NCBI GenBank assembly: GCA_964106915.2
Contig: OZ066916.1
Direction: 5' to 3' (one strand)
DNA from: Podarcis gaigeae
Lineage: Eukaryota
Length of the DNA stretch: 64,000 nucleotides
The number at the start of each line of letters is the position of its first letter. The stretch's first letter is position 1. Positions 1 to 11,450 of this stretch are shown in pieces. The notes beneath the pieces were generated by a model, which ran no database searches, had not been told where the DNA came from, and saw only the letters and a list, made by a program, of their open reading frames with translations. A program made the translations under genes and the position numbers.

Positions 1-469
1 CAATAACATATATTTTTAAAAAGCCTTAGATCACTTCCCCTTTTCAAACAATCCTTTCCCTTTCTTATGAGAGAGAAAGCCATTTAGTGGGTTTTAATGG
101 TTTGGGGAGATCAGGCTATTTGTTTATATATCCACTCACTCCATCCACCCAGAGGCATCTTTCTAACTGACCAGCAGGACTGGATTAGGAACCACAACTA
201 ATGAATGAAGCATACTTAAAAAGCATAAATAAAAAGAGTCATGGTTTACCTCTCACCACAAGAAGGAAAACATACAACCATGATGGGTGGCGTATTGCGG
301 TTGCTTTACTGTGAATCACAATATAGCAGGGGAATATGAAACCTGGGATACTAAGGGGAATTCGGTAAACAGCAGTGAAGAGGATGCTGGTGAACAAAGT
401 ATGCTGGAGAGATTTAACTTTCCATCCATGCGCTCATTTCCATCAAATCCAGGAGGGCAGGAGTGGAAG

Positions 470-960
470 TACTGGCTCAGCTTCAAGGCTTTTGAGTTGA
501 TATACAAAGCCCTGAACAACTTGGGTCCCAGATACATTAAATGACTGCCAGAGCCCATGTATCCCAGCTCAGTCACTGAGATAATCTAGAGCAGTCTTCT
601 TCAACCTTGGGTTCCTAGATCTTGTTAAATTTCAACTCGCACCGGCCCTGTCCATTGGCTAAATTGGTTTGGGATTGTGGTAGTTGTGGTCCTACAATAT
701 CTGGTGGCCAAGTTTGAAAAGCAGTGATCTAGAGGAATGTTGTTAGTTGCTCCCCATGTTACAGAAGCCTGACTAGCCTAGACCAGAAGTAGGGGGTTTA
801 GCCTTTCCAGACCTATTCTGCGGGAAACTCATCAAGTAGAGATTCAGAAGGCTTTTTGACTTTCAGGCATCTCTTGAAGACTTGCTGACAAGCCTATGCA
901 GTTGTTTAACATTTTCTTGAGTAGCCAGTCATTTTAATGATTGTTCTGTACTTTTAATGT
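470..960 (+). mobile_element. L2 LINE 3' fragment, interrupted by a hAT MITE
   Basis: Translation FKAFELIYKALNNLGPRYIK matches the L2 ORF2 C-terminal motif; the fragment continues after 735. Ends approximate. Confidence 0.7.
592..726. mobile_element. Palindromic hAT (Charlie-like) MITE
   Basis: 8-bp TSD ATCTAGAG at 584-591 and 727-734; hairpin body homologous to 5238-5375. Confidence 0.8.
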
Positions 961-2089
961 GAAATGTGAAATGTTCTTCCATTGCGACTTGGGCAACCAT
1001 TTATGCATAACTCCAAAAGAGGAAATACAGCACCCAAAAAAGAAGACAAAATGGGAAAGATAGATATGAAAAAATGTGCATATGCTAATTTAGAGAGAGA
1101 TGCAAACTTACAAATCATTAACAATAATTTATACAGAAATAGTGCATCTCACCATAGTGAAGACTGACCAGGTAACCTCTGTGCCTTCTCAGGTGCTCAT
1201 ATTTGATGGCAACTTCAAGGCCTCTGCTCACCTTTCGTCTGGGTTTTTATCATTAAACTAGACTTGAACTGGGCAGCTTTTCAAACAGAGGACACTAAAC
1301 AGAGACCTACCACCCCTTTTCCAGGCCCAAGCTAGTCTCTTAACAGTCCACTCCCAAATCCAGGAAATACTACGGCAAGCTCCAATGTTGTTTTGGTTTG
1401 CAATTAATTTGACAACCGCTTTTAAAATAAAAATAAAAAATAAAATAAATGAGAGTTAATTTCATTGGGCACCCCCCCACCCTTGATTCAATCCTCTGGC
1501 TTCTCCTGAACTTTTGAAATGCAAGACATGTTCATTCTGTGGTTGGAACACCAGCGGCTGATTCTGATTTATTTTTGGTTGGATGTCAACACAGCTGATG
1601 TTGGCATGATTTGTCATGCATTAAGATCGGCCAGGAAAATGGGGGGGGGGGGGAGAGAGAAACCCATAATCTTTCCTGAAAATTGCATGTAGCCAGGTGC
1701 TAGAGGGCATGTGAGAGAGGGTGGGTTGCTGCGCCTTCCAAAGCTCATATAAGCAAGTGCTAAATATGGTAGAAGATAAAAGAAAATCATCAAACCTCCT
1801 CTCCAAAATGTAAGAAAAAAATGACAAGCTCCAGAATCTGCCAAGAATCTTAATAAATCCATGTTCTGGTAGATTAAAAAGGAAAGGCACAGGAGGTTCA
1901 AAGCCATGATGCCATTCTACAGTATAGGGCTCAAGCTAGAGTTAATAAAATCTGATTATTATTTTTTTGCACTGACCTGCCTTGATATTGCCAGGAAAGG
2001 TGGCATTCTTCCTAGTACTGCCAGAATGAATGCCCTCTAACATTTGCCAGAGGAAATAAGTACTATAAGGTGAGGTACATAGGGATGGA

Positions 2090-2808
2090 AATAAGAAGAT
2101 AAAAAGAGCCTTCTGGATCCTGTCAGGTGTGCGTGCAGGAGCCTGGCCCTGTGACCAATGGGACTGGGGTCTTCCTAAGTTTGTTCTGAAGAGGCAAGGC
2201 GTGGCCACACAAGTGAGGCCGATTGGTAACTCACAGCACCTGGTGGCAAGAGCTGGGAAGGGATATAAGGTCAGCATTTCCCTTTGGCTCTTTGCCACAG
2301 CAACACGCTCCCTCCCTTGCTGTGTTTGGCTTCTTGCTTCCTGATCCTTGAATCTCAGCTTCTTGACTCCCTGCTTCTTGATGCTCAGACCCCTGGCTTC
2401 GTGACTCCTTGCTTCTTGACTCTCAGACCCTTGGCTTATTGACTCTGGCTTCTGGACCCCGTTCCTGCTCCCACCCCACCATCTTGCCCCCGGTCCTGAC
2501 GTCCCCTGCCATGACTTTGATCGCCCGTGACAGATCAGGCCGATGGCCTGATCTAGTCCAGCATTCTTTTCTCTCACAGTGGCCAACCAGAGGCCTGTGG
2601 GAAAGCTGCAAACAGGAGCCAAGCACAAGAGCCCTCTCCCCTCCTGTGGCTTCCAGCAACTAATCTTCAGAAGAATGTGGCTTTTGCAAGCACAGCATTG
2701 CCATCATGGCTAGTAGACCACCAATAGCCTTCTCCTAAATCAGTCCAAGGAGGTGCCATCACTGCCTCCTGTGGAAGCAAGTGCCATTGTTTCACTAGGC
2801 ACTGCGTG
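2090..2808 (-). mobile_element. CR1 LINE 3' end, split by a solo LTR
   Basis: Minus-strand peptide TQCLVKQWHLLPQEAVMA resembles the CR1 ORF2 end; tail homologous to 47370-48170 and 63870-64000. Confidence 0.75.
2121..2532 (+). mobile_element. Solo LTR (Gypsy-like)
   Basis: TGTCA...TGACA termini; 5-bp TSD GATCC/GATCA with one mismatch; TATA-like GATATAAG near 2262; internal GCTTCTTGAC repeats. Confidence 0.8.
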
Positions 2809-2929
2809 GCTGAACCTCTCAATTTTGTTTCTCTCCGTTTCTCGTTTTTCCAGCCCCAGTTCAGCTCTCCAGATTTCTGCATCAGTTCGTGAAATATTCC
2901 ATGAAAATTTGTGAGCATCTTAGTTCTCC

Positions 2930-3134
2930 TGACTAAACATCAGGAAGAAGTTTGGGCTGGTGGCTGGAGCTGCTCAACAGTGGAAGAGACTCCCTCGGAA
3001 GGTTGTGGACTCTCCTGGCTTGGAGGTTTTGAAGCAGAGCTTGGGTGGCCACCTGCCATGGAGGCTTCAGCTGAGATTCCTGCATTGCAGGGGGTAGGTG
3101 ACCCTCGTGGTCCCTTCCAGCTCTATGATTCTAC
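2930..3134 (+). mobile_element. CR1 LINE 3' fragment
   Basis: CCTGCATTGCAGGGGG...GGTCCCTTCCAGCTCTATGATTCT tail typical of squamate CR1. Confidence 0.75.
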
Positions 3135-3225
3135 AGTTGATCTTAGCCCAAAGGCCGAGAAGCGATTTTTTTCATCAGTGAAACCAAAAGATACCTCAGT
3201 TCCAAAATCCCATATATAACCAAGC

Positions 3226-3556
3226 TAAAGGTAATGGGAACCCTGACCATTAGGTCCAGACACGCACGGCTCTGGGGTTGCGGCGCTCATCTCGCTTTAT
3301 TGGCCAAGGGAGCCGGCGTACAGCTTCTGGGTCATGTGGCCAGCATGACTAAGCCGCTTCTGGCGAACCAGAGCAGCACACAGAAATGCCGTTTACCTTC
3401 CCACCAGAGCCGTACCTATTGATCTACTTGCACTTTGACATGCTTTCAAACTGCTAGGTTGGCAGGAGCTGGGACCGAGCAATGGGAGCTCACCCTGTCG
3501 CGGAGATTTGAACCGCCGACCTTCTGATCGGCAAGTCCAAGGCTCTGTGGTTTACC
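3226..3556 (-). mobile_element. Sauria SINE (Squam1)
   Basis: Reverse complement of the copy at 39682-40044; ACCTTT-type tail; slightly 5' truncated. Confidence 0.9.
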
Positions 3557-3867
3557 TAGAAATACCAAAATAGTGAAGGGCCTTCACTTTGGCCTGATGC
3601 CAGGCCCTCCCCTCAGCTATCCAGGAAGGCCATTTCAGGAATGTATCGTACAAGGAGAGGAAATGCCCCTGTGGCTCAGGGCAACTAGAAACTGCTGAAC
3701 ATGTCTTCTTCCACTGCCAATATTATACAGACATACTAGTCAGGTTCATCCTGCCAATACTACACAAATTCCCTGGATGGACAGAGCAACTCTATACCTT
3801 CTTGCTGCTTGAAGATGCAAACCCAGACATAACAAACTCAGCAGCCATATTTTGCGCTGCTATGGTG

Positions 3868-4125
3868 GAGAGCCAGTGTGGTGTAGTGGTTAAGAGCGGT
3901 AGTCTTGTAATCTGGGGAACCGGGTTCGAATCTCTGCTCCTCCACATGCAGCTGCTGGGTGACCTTGGGCCAGTCACACTTTTTTGAAGTCTCTCAGCCC
4001 CACTCACCTCACAGAGTGTTTGTTGTGGGGGAGGAAAGGAAAGGAGAATGTTAGCCGCTTTGAGACTCCTGAAGGGGAGTGAAAGGCGGGATATCAAATC
4101 CGAACTCCTCTTCTTCTTCTTCTTC
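3868..4125 (+). mobile_element. Squam3-type tRNA-derived SINE
   Basis: A box TGGTGTAGTGG, B box GGTTCGAATC, (CTT)n tail; homologous to 47439-47749 and 53180-53410. Confidence 0.85.
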
Positions 4126-4515
4126 ATTCACTGAAGAATAGTTTGGGTCATGCACCAGACCTAAACTGAAGGCTCAAACTCAAGAACTGTGCCCTCTGCT
4201 GCAGCCTCCCTTCTAGAGTTACTTTTGCAACAGCTTGCTCTTAACCCTCTAGCTGATTTTAAGTTTCCCTCATGCATCCCCCCTTCTATGAGTCACACCT
4301 TTTACCCGTTTTATGTCCTAAATTACTATGTGTTTCTATCATCATCTTTATTACGGTCACAGACCAGCCGGTCTGTGAACGTAATAAAGAAGAAGAAGAA
4401 GAAGAAGAGTTTGGATTTGATATGTTAATGGATTGAAAATAATTAAAGCAACTGGAGATAAAACTGCACCACCAGAATAAAGCAAGATACAAATGCAATA
4501 AGTGGTGGATACATA

Positions 4516-5142
4516 TAAGGTGTGACGGGAAAGTTCTGTGAATTTCACAGAAATTGGACAGAGAGAAATATTTGAACACATATACCTTGCAGGCCTTCAA
4601 AGGAGGCCCCCTCTGATACAATGTACTGTGGACAACGTTTGTAGAACTGTTGGAAACTTCTGAGAAGTCCTCTTTTCATATTGCTTTCAGTTCCCTTGGA
4701 CATGTGAAATGTTGGAAAATCTGTGCCCTTTCAGTGCAAATTTCAGTTTTGGAAAAAGAAAGAAATCCGGTGGGGCCAGATCGGATGAATGTGGAAGGTG
4801 GGACAACTCAGTAACCTCAGTAACGATTCCGCGCGGAATATGCAATTCTTCCGCCATCATTCGGTCGGACAAATGCCGATCCTGCATCAATAACTCACAA
4901 ATTCTGTCGACATTTGCCACCATTCTGCTCGTCGATGATCTGCCAGAGCAAAGGTCATCTTTGATGGTTTGCCGCCCTTCATGGAAATGCTTAAACCACT
5001 CATACACTGTCTTTCGAGTTACAGATTCATCTCCGTACACATGTGTGAGCATTTTGTGGGTTTCCAATGCCAGTTGTTTGTTCGAATATTTCCCGCTGTC
5101 CGATTTCTGTGACCATGCACCAAACTTTCTGGTCACATCTTA
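4516..5142 (-). mobile_element. Internally deleted mariner transposon (transposase relic)
   Basis: ORF 4687-5136 has the mariner HTH (VYGDESVTRKTVYEWFKHF...SGRSSTS) fused to HSSDLAPPDFFLFPKLK. Imperfect ~20-bp TIRs TAAGGTGTGACGGGAAAGTT / TAAGATGTGACCAGAAAGTT; TA TSD. Confidence 0.92.
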
Positions 5143-5237
5143 TACATTCCACTGCTTATATTCAGGCTTATGAAGGACCACATGCAAAATAAACCCAGAC
5201 TGGAAAAAGACTGATCCATCCATCCCTCTCTCTAGAT

Positions 5238-5375
5238 CAGCGGTTCTCAACCTGTGGGTCACCAGATGTTGTTGGACTACAACTCCCATCATCCCTGAGC
5301 TCTGGCCTTGCTAACTAGGGGTGATGGGAGTTGTAGTCCAACAACATCTGGGGACCCACAGGTTGAGATAGGCTG
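5238..5375. mobile_element. Palindromic hAT MITE
   Basis: Near-perfect hairpin with 8-bp TSD CTCTAGAT at 5230-5237 and 5376-5383. Further degenerate copies near 23250, 29100, 31845, 40633, 44555, 58880 and 62187. Confidence 0.9.
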
Positions 5376-5389
5376 CTCTAGATCCTTAG

Positions 5390-5489
5390 GCAGGGGACTT
5401 TCATAGCCTTGGCTGGGGACGCCAGGAATTGAACCTGCGATCTTCAGCATGCAAAGCAGATGTTCTACCACTGAGCTACAGTCTTTTCC
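5390..5489 (-). mobile_element. tRNA-Ala-like SINE head
   Basis: Minus strand TAGCTCAGTGGTAGAACATCTGCTTTGCATG...GGTTCAATTCC; related copies at 35805, 52245 and 59891. Confidence 0.7.
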
Positions 5490-6276
5490 AGATTAGCACT
5501 TGTGCATCTGATGCATAGTCAAGTTAAAAATGACATCTTCCATGACCCATTTAGGTAGCTGTCTCCATAGGTTCAAAAGCTGTGACTCTTGTTTCCTAAA
5601 GAAATCCATTGGTATCAGGGTTTTGATTTTTTAATCATAATCATAATCACAAAGCATAATGGCCCTGACTGTTTTTGTTGGACTGCAAAGCTGTAGATAA
5701 ATGCCTCATAAATCAAGGGCTGGCAGCTTGACTTTCGGGGGTTTATTAATTCCCGTGCTATTTACCTCTTTGCATGTGGCATAGCAAAAGCAATTTGAAC
5801 TTCAGTATACCAGTCTTCTGCACCACTTGATCATTTTGTGTTTGGCTTGGTTAAACAAATGCCTCCAAAGGAAGACAATGGAATGGTGGAGGGTCTTTTA
5901 GTTGGAGACTGCCGAGTCACTAGAAGGTGCAGCCATAGCTCAAAACCATCATTTTTCTGGAGCACTGAATTGGAAACATGGATCTCTGCCACAAACCTTA
6001 AGGTACCATGTTTCCTCCATATTAAAGCCTCTTCCATCATAAGAACACAGGATGTATTACAGCAGCTATTCGTAAGCAAGGTGAAGGTTCAAAAATAAGA
6101 TCAACTTTTTTGAGGGGGGGATGTTGTGGTTAGGTGCCAAACTAGCTCCCAGAGAGAATCAGGTTCACATCCCCATTCAGCTACAAAACTTGCCTAGCGT
6201 ACCTCACAGGGCTGTGGTGAAGATAAAGTAGGTGAGAGTGAGGGATCATGTACTCTGCTTTGGCAGAAAGTACTTC

Positions 6277-6358
6277 CAGACCCTCCAAGTTTCCCTATTT
6301 TAGAGGGACAGTCCTTGTTTTACAGAAGCCATCCCAGTTTCTGATTTGATCCCAGAAT
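6277..6358 (+). mobile_element. Left end of a CATACCCTCCAA-TIR DNA transposon (hAT-like)
   Basis: Starts CAGACCCTCCAA; its TTACAGAAGCC...TTCTGATTTGATCC segment overlaps the element at 13962-14293. Confidence 0.6.
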
Positions 6359-7182
6359 ATAGGATTGTTACAGGTACTGTTGCTTTACTCCCAGCAAAAG
6401 TGTGCTTAAATGAGACTAACTGAGCAGGAATCCTTCAAGCCCTCGCTTTCAAATGTGTTTCCACCTGGCAACTCGGTCAGGCTGGGGAAATGTGGAAAAG
6501 ACCTTTCCTTAAAAATCCTGCACCAGTTGCACCCCCCCCCCTTTCCTAGAAACATCAAAGTAAGAGATTTCTTGCCTCTCCCAAGCTTTTTACCTGTACC
6601 ATTTCCTGGTCAAGTTTCTACTCATTCTGAAACAGCTGCCTGGTCTAACCACAGCTATGGAAATTGCACATAACATAAATAGTTGAGCTCCATATACCGC
6701 AGCAAAAAGAGAGAGAGGAAGTTGAATTCCTCTAGTGTTTTTGCTTATTGTAATAGTTCACAGTTGCTCTGACATTGTCCGGGCATGTGGCTCTATTTGT
6801 AAGACACTGGGAGGTCGCCATTTGTTCTTTCATTAAAGACAGGAAAAAAATACAACCTTTTCCTCCATTGCGGCTGCATGAACCATGTTTTGTTTGTTTA
6901 TTTTTAATTTATGAATATGTTTTTCAGATTAACAGTCTAAAAAGCCATTTTTAATAGTGAGATTTCTGAGAATGCAATGTACATCAAGCAAAAAAAGAAC
7001 CCAGCAAAGAATTTTTTAGGGAAATGGAATAGGCAGAACATTTTTATATCAATAGCTGCTGAAGACTAAGGCTTACTAGCATTTAGAAATCAGCAGTACC
7101 AGATGACCCCACTCAGCTAAGCTAGATTTTTTCTTCAGTTCTCCAACCAATAAATTTGTACAGCTAGTTGAGCTGCTACCTG

Positions 7183-7344
7183 GGACTCAGTTACATTAGT
7201 AAAGAAAAAGCATTTTGTATGTGTTATAACATTGTGACACCAGATGGCGCTGTGGAGTCCCATCTCTCACCAACGTGTTTTCCCACCTAGAGGTTTACAA
7301 CACTTTTTCCCTGAAATGCTTTTTTGATGTGTTTAGATCCAGCC
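7183..7344 (+). mobile_element. PIF/Harbinger-like MITE with CTCF motif
   Basis: 3-bp TSD CTG; ends GGACTCAGTTACA / TAGATCCAGCC shared with 41152-41335. Confidence 0.65.
7237..7252 (+). promoter_or_regulatory. CTCF-like motif
   Basis: ACACCAGATGGCGCTG versus consensus CCACYAGRKGGCRC; one mismatch, CpG retained. Confidence 0.55.
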
Positions 7345-8404
7345 CTGGTGTGAGAATGAGCCTTCCACCATGGCTCTGTAACAACTCTTTAAAAATGATG
7401 TTTGAGAATCCGCCACAGCTGAAAACAGAGACCACTTCTTAAACTGGCACAGGCACCTCCATATTCTACAGCATGAAAACAAAAAAGTATCCACCTTAAT
7501 GCTATAATAATGTAAAGCATATTCAGTAAGGATTATTGGTGATGGATGGATGTTTGTAAATTCAAAGCCTGTTCTCAGACGGAGCCATCTGACCCTTTGC
7601 CTGAGGCAAGATCAACAGCGCTTAATCCATGCCCTCAGCTAGACTTCAGCTCTTTGGCCTTCTTCAAAGCCTCTGTCCTTTCTTCCTTCTTCGGAAGAAT
7701 TGCAATAAAGTACACAAAAAGCAAGAGAAGGGAATGAACTAGACAAAGGAGGAATCAACCAGTAGAGCCAGCGCAAAAGTCCAGGCTTCCAGAACTGGAT
7801 ACATTTTCAGATAAACCCACAGGTGTGAAGAATTGTTCTCTCTCTCTCTCTCTCTCCCCTTTCTCCCCTTTTATTGAATGTGAGCAAACTCTGATCTAAA
7901 ACTATGTTAAACACAATTTCCCTTAAATTTCAGGGTGACTTTCAGATGTGTCCATTTCAAAGTCACTGTCTGAGACTTATGGGTGCAAAGAGGAAAATAA
8001 ATTTGTTTTTAAAAATAAACAAACAGGTTGGCCACATGTCCTGCTTTGTGATAGACAGTCTGTGTTTGAAGGGTTGTGAGGTCCAAATCTGGTTTAAAAG
8101 GTTTAAAAGAGAAGGGAAAAGGAACAGCCGAGAACTTGAAGTTGCTCATCGGCAGACTGAGCAGGCTCACAGCTCACCTGTTCACAGTCTTCCCCACAAT
8201 GTATTACATTTCTGTTTTACTGACTTTTTTGCAGTGGTTTTGCTCCTTAAGGTTTTAATGTTTTTGTTATTTGTATGGTGGATAGTAAGAACAGGAGGAG
8301 GAGCAGCAACACTTAAAAGTAGAGCCACTTTGCTGTTGCGGTAGAAGAGACTGGGGTGATTTTAAGAGTGCATTGTACTGTCACCTATACTGTTAATTCT
8401 ATTA

Positions 8405-8660
8405 CATGTGGCTTCCTGTCAATGGAATGCTCTCCCCAGTGAGGTCCACCTGATGCCTTCACTGCCATCCTTTTGGGGTCAGGTGTATACTTACCTTTTC
8501 TTCCAGGGTTCTGATAGACTGGTGTTGTTTTGTTACCAGTGTGTTGCCAAAGCTTCCGGTGGAATGTTTTGTTTTGATGGTATAATGTACCTATATTAAA
8601 GTGTTCAAGTGTGTTGTAAGTCATTTGGAGACCTTTGGGTAACAAGGGACTAACAAGTCT
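8405..8660 (+). mobile_element. L2 LINE 3' fragment
   Basis: WNALPSEVHLMPSLPSF motif followed by a degenerate L2 tail. Confidence 0.65.
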
Positions 8661-10004
8661 AATGATAAGAATGACAACAGCAACTCTGCTGATTGCATCT
8701 TAATTAGTACTGTGCCCAATTCTGGGAGCATATGATGAGTGAAGAATGAAAAATGCCCTTAACCAGCATTCTTCTAGTGGTCATGAACTGAAAGATTTTT
8801 CTCCATGGCTGCTTCCATCAAGAATAAAAGCTTCGATGTTCATATTAAACTTGTTTACTTAAACCAGCTGAGTGTTGAGCTTGGGATCAATTTGTTTAAT
8901 AAATGGGTCATAATGAAATGGCCAGACATAAATAAGGCATCTGATTAGGTGCTATTCATTTTGTACACAACTGTATCCAGAATAATTCTTGTAACTGCAA
9001 GATCCTTTCTAAATTAAATTTTCCTGACTGCCTTCTGAGCTGTCTGCACCCAATGGTAAAAATCAAAGTGGCTTCTAATGGTTTTAGGAAATTGGTCGTT
9101 CTCCTAAGGCGGCTTCCTTTAATATCCCAACAGACACTGAATCAAATAGGCACCTGATGATTTGTTGGCCTATTTTAGGATATGAGCTATTTCGGTCATT
9201 TGTGACTTTTACAGGGTTAATTCTTGTGTGTTCTGTGGAGAGGGGAAATGAAAGCCTTTGAGATCCAGGAGACAACAGAAAACTTTCCATGACTTCAAGC
9301 TTGTACAGCTGCAGCCCCCAAGGATCTTCAGATCCATAAAGATATTGCAAAAGAAAAACCGTGCAGATTCTTTTTGAACCAATACCAGTATTTATGGACT
9401 GAAGCCACATGAGGTCACTTACGTTGCTGAAGGTCTGGGTCTGGTCAGTGCCTGTATGGGAGACCATCTGGGAACCAGACCACTTTAGACTCCATGAATG
9501 TAAGAAAAACTTTTCTGGCAGTTATGCCACAAATCAGTCTGAGACCATATGTTTCTTGTGCATGCTACATCCAGTACATGCATAGCCTTGGTTCAGCTTC
9601 TACTATGCTGTGCGAAGAAGAATCAGCCAGTCGGGGAAACATCAGAGAAACAGGCCAGGCAGGAATGCAAGTTCTAAGTGGACTACGTATCCCAAGATGT
9701 GCCAATTGGTTTGTAGAGCTGTGACCATCAGGGTTCTCATTGTTGCCAAGGGGCCCTGATGACCACTGAATTCTTCATGCATTTCATCCATAATGTTGCT
9801 TCCTCTTTATCTGCCCACTCCAATCATGCAAGCTGTGACAAGAGGAAGTGATAGAAGAGCACCTCTTTGCTTCCCTTTCTTCTGGGTGTGTGTGCAAGCT
9901 GAGCAATGGTGGTAAGGAGAAGCATGGCCAGCTTGGGAAATTTTGTCCTATACGGCACTGGAAGGAGCACCGAGTTCTGTGGTGGGCAAAGCCATGCATT
10001 AGGC

Positions 10005-10142
10005 CAGGGGCAGAGAACCTGTGGCCCTCCAGATGTTGTTGGACCCCAGCTCCCATTGGCCCTGGGCAATATGGCCAATGGCCAGGGATATTGGAAGTTT
10101 TAGCCCAGCAATATCCAGAGGTCTACAAGTTCCTCATCCCTG
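10005..10142. mobile_element. Palindromic hAT MITE (degenerate)
   Basis: CAGGGG...CCCTG ends; same hairpin family as 5238-5375. Confidence 0.7.
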
Positions 10143-11219
10143 CTGTGGACCATATGTGGTTTTCCCTCAAATTGCTAGGGTTCTTGCTAGTTCCACACAG
10201 TGGGTAGCAAGCTATTGCCCAAACATTTCATTCTGGGATGTATAGAATTAAAGGCTGAGGTGGGCCACAATCCAGGTCTCCCTGTCTCTGCTCCAATGCC
10301 CTAGTGACTGGGCCAGAGTAGGATTTTTGTAAAATGTTCCGCGATTGGTGAGAGCATTTGCTCAAAGCCACTTACGATCCTCTTTAGCAGAGTGCACACA
10401 CAGGCCATTGATCGCCAACTCCTGCTTGTTCCGCAGCCGCCTCTGTACCCAAGTAAATATTTATCTTGGCATTTGCCCCATTTGTTTACCAACCATTCAC
10501 CAGCTGGAGAGCTTGGGGGAAATTAATTGGGTTACATAAAGATGCTGTTTATTATTTGACAGCCTTCTTCGGACTGACCCTTGTAGACGGCGGCTTTGAA
10601 AACATTGCCAGATGAAAACACACATGATCTTCCAGGGGAGAGTTAGTTTAGAGAGCAAATGCATATGGGAAACATAAGAAGCCTTGTGTGTGCATCTGTG
10701 AGCTGCACTGAGCCAGAGTGTCTCCTCAAAGGAGCATGTGCCAACTGTTAATACATATGTTTCAAGATATTACCCCAAATGCACATTGTCAAATGACAAA
10801 CCAAACTTATATCCCAGTGCTTTCATCTCTATTAAGAGTGTGGTCCTATGCTTGTTGACTCGGAAGGCTGCTTCAATGTGTTCAATGGGATTTACTCCAA
10901 GGTAAATTAGTTAAATGGACCTACCTTGGGCTACATTTACACTGTACATTTAAAGCACTATGATGCTACTATAAGCAGTCATGGCTTCCCCCAAAGACTT
11001 CTGGGAGCTGTAGTTTGTTAAGGGCTGAACACAGCTGGTCTCACTTTTGTGTAAACAAGCATAGGCTTGCACTGTTAGCGTTGAATGAAACTCTGTTATT
11101 CACTTACATTGGTGGATGGGGGGGGCAATAAGGAGGACTGGAATGAACCCATTTCTACTTATTTATATGACAGTGGTACTGCTGTTGTGATTCACTTTGC
11201 ATCATGCTGTGACCCAGTA

Positions 11220-11450
11220 CAGTGGTACCTCGGGTTACAGTCGCTTCAGGTCACAGACGTTTCAGGTTACAGACTCCGCTAACCCGGAAGTAGTATCTCG
11301 GGTTAAGAACTTTGCTTCAGGATGAGAACAGAAATTGTGCGGCGGCAGCGGGAGGCCCCATTAGCTAAAGTGGTACCTCAGGTTAAGAACAGTTTCAGGT
11401 TAAGAACGGACCTCCAGAATGAATTAAGTTCTTAACCCGAGGTACCACTG
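11220..11450. mobile_element. Tc1/pogo (Tigger-like) MITE
   Basis: TIRs CAGTGGTACCTCGGGTTA / TAACCCGAGGTACCACTG; TA TSD; seven copies in this window. Confidence 0.93.

Noticed and set aside
1942-2628. 228-aa ORF
   Set aside because: It runs antisense through a solo LTR with short repeats and across CR1 junctions; no recognisable domain.
9425-9478. 5S rRNA-like sequence (also ~37115-37137)
   Set aside because: Short and diverged; at most a 5S-derived SINE remnant.
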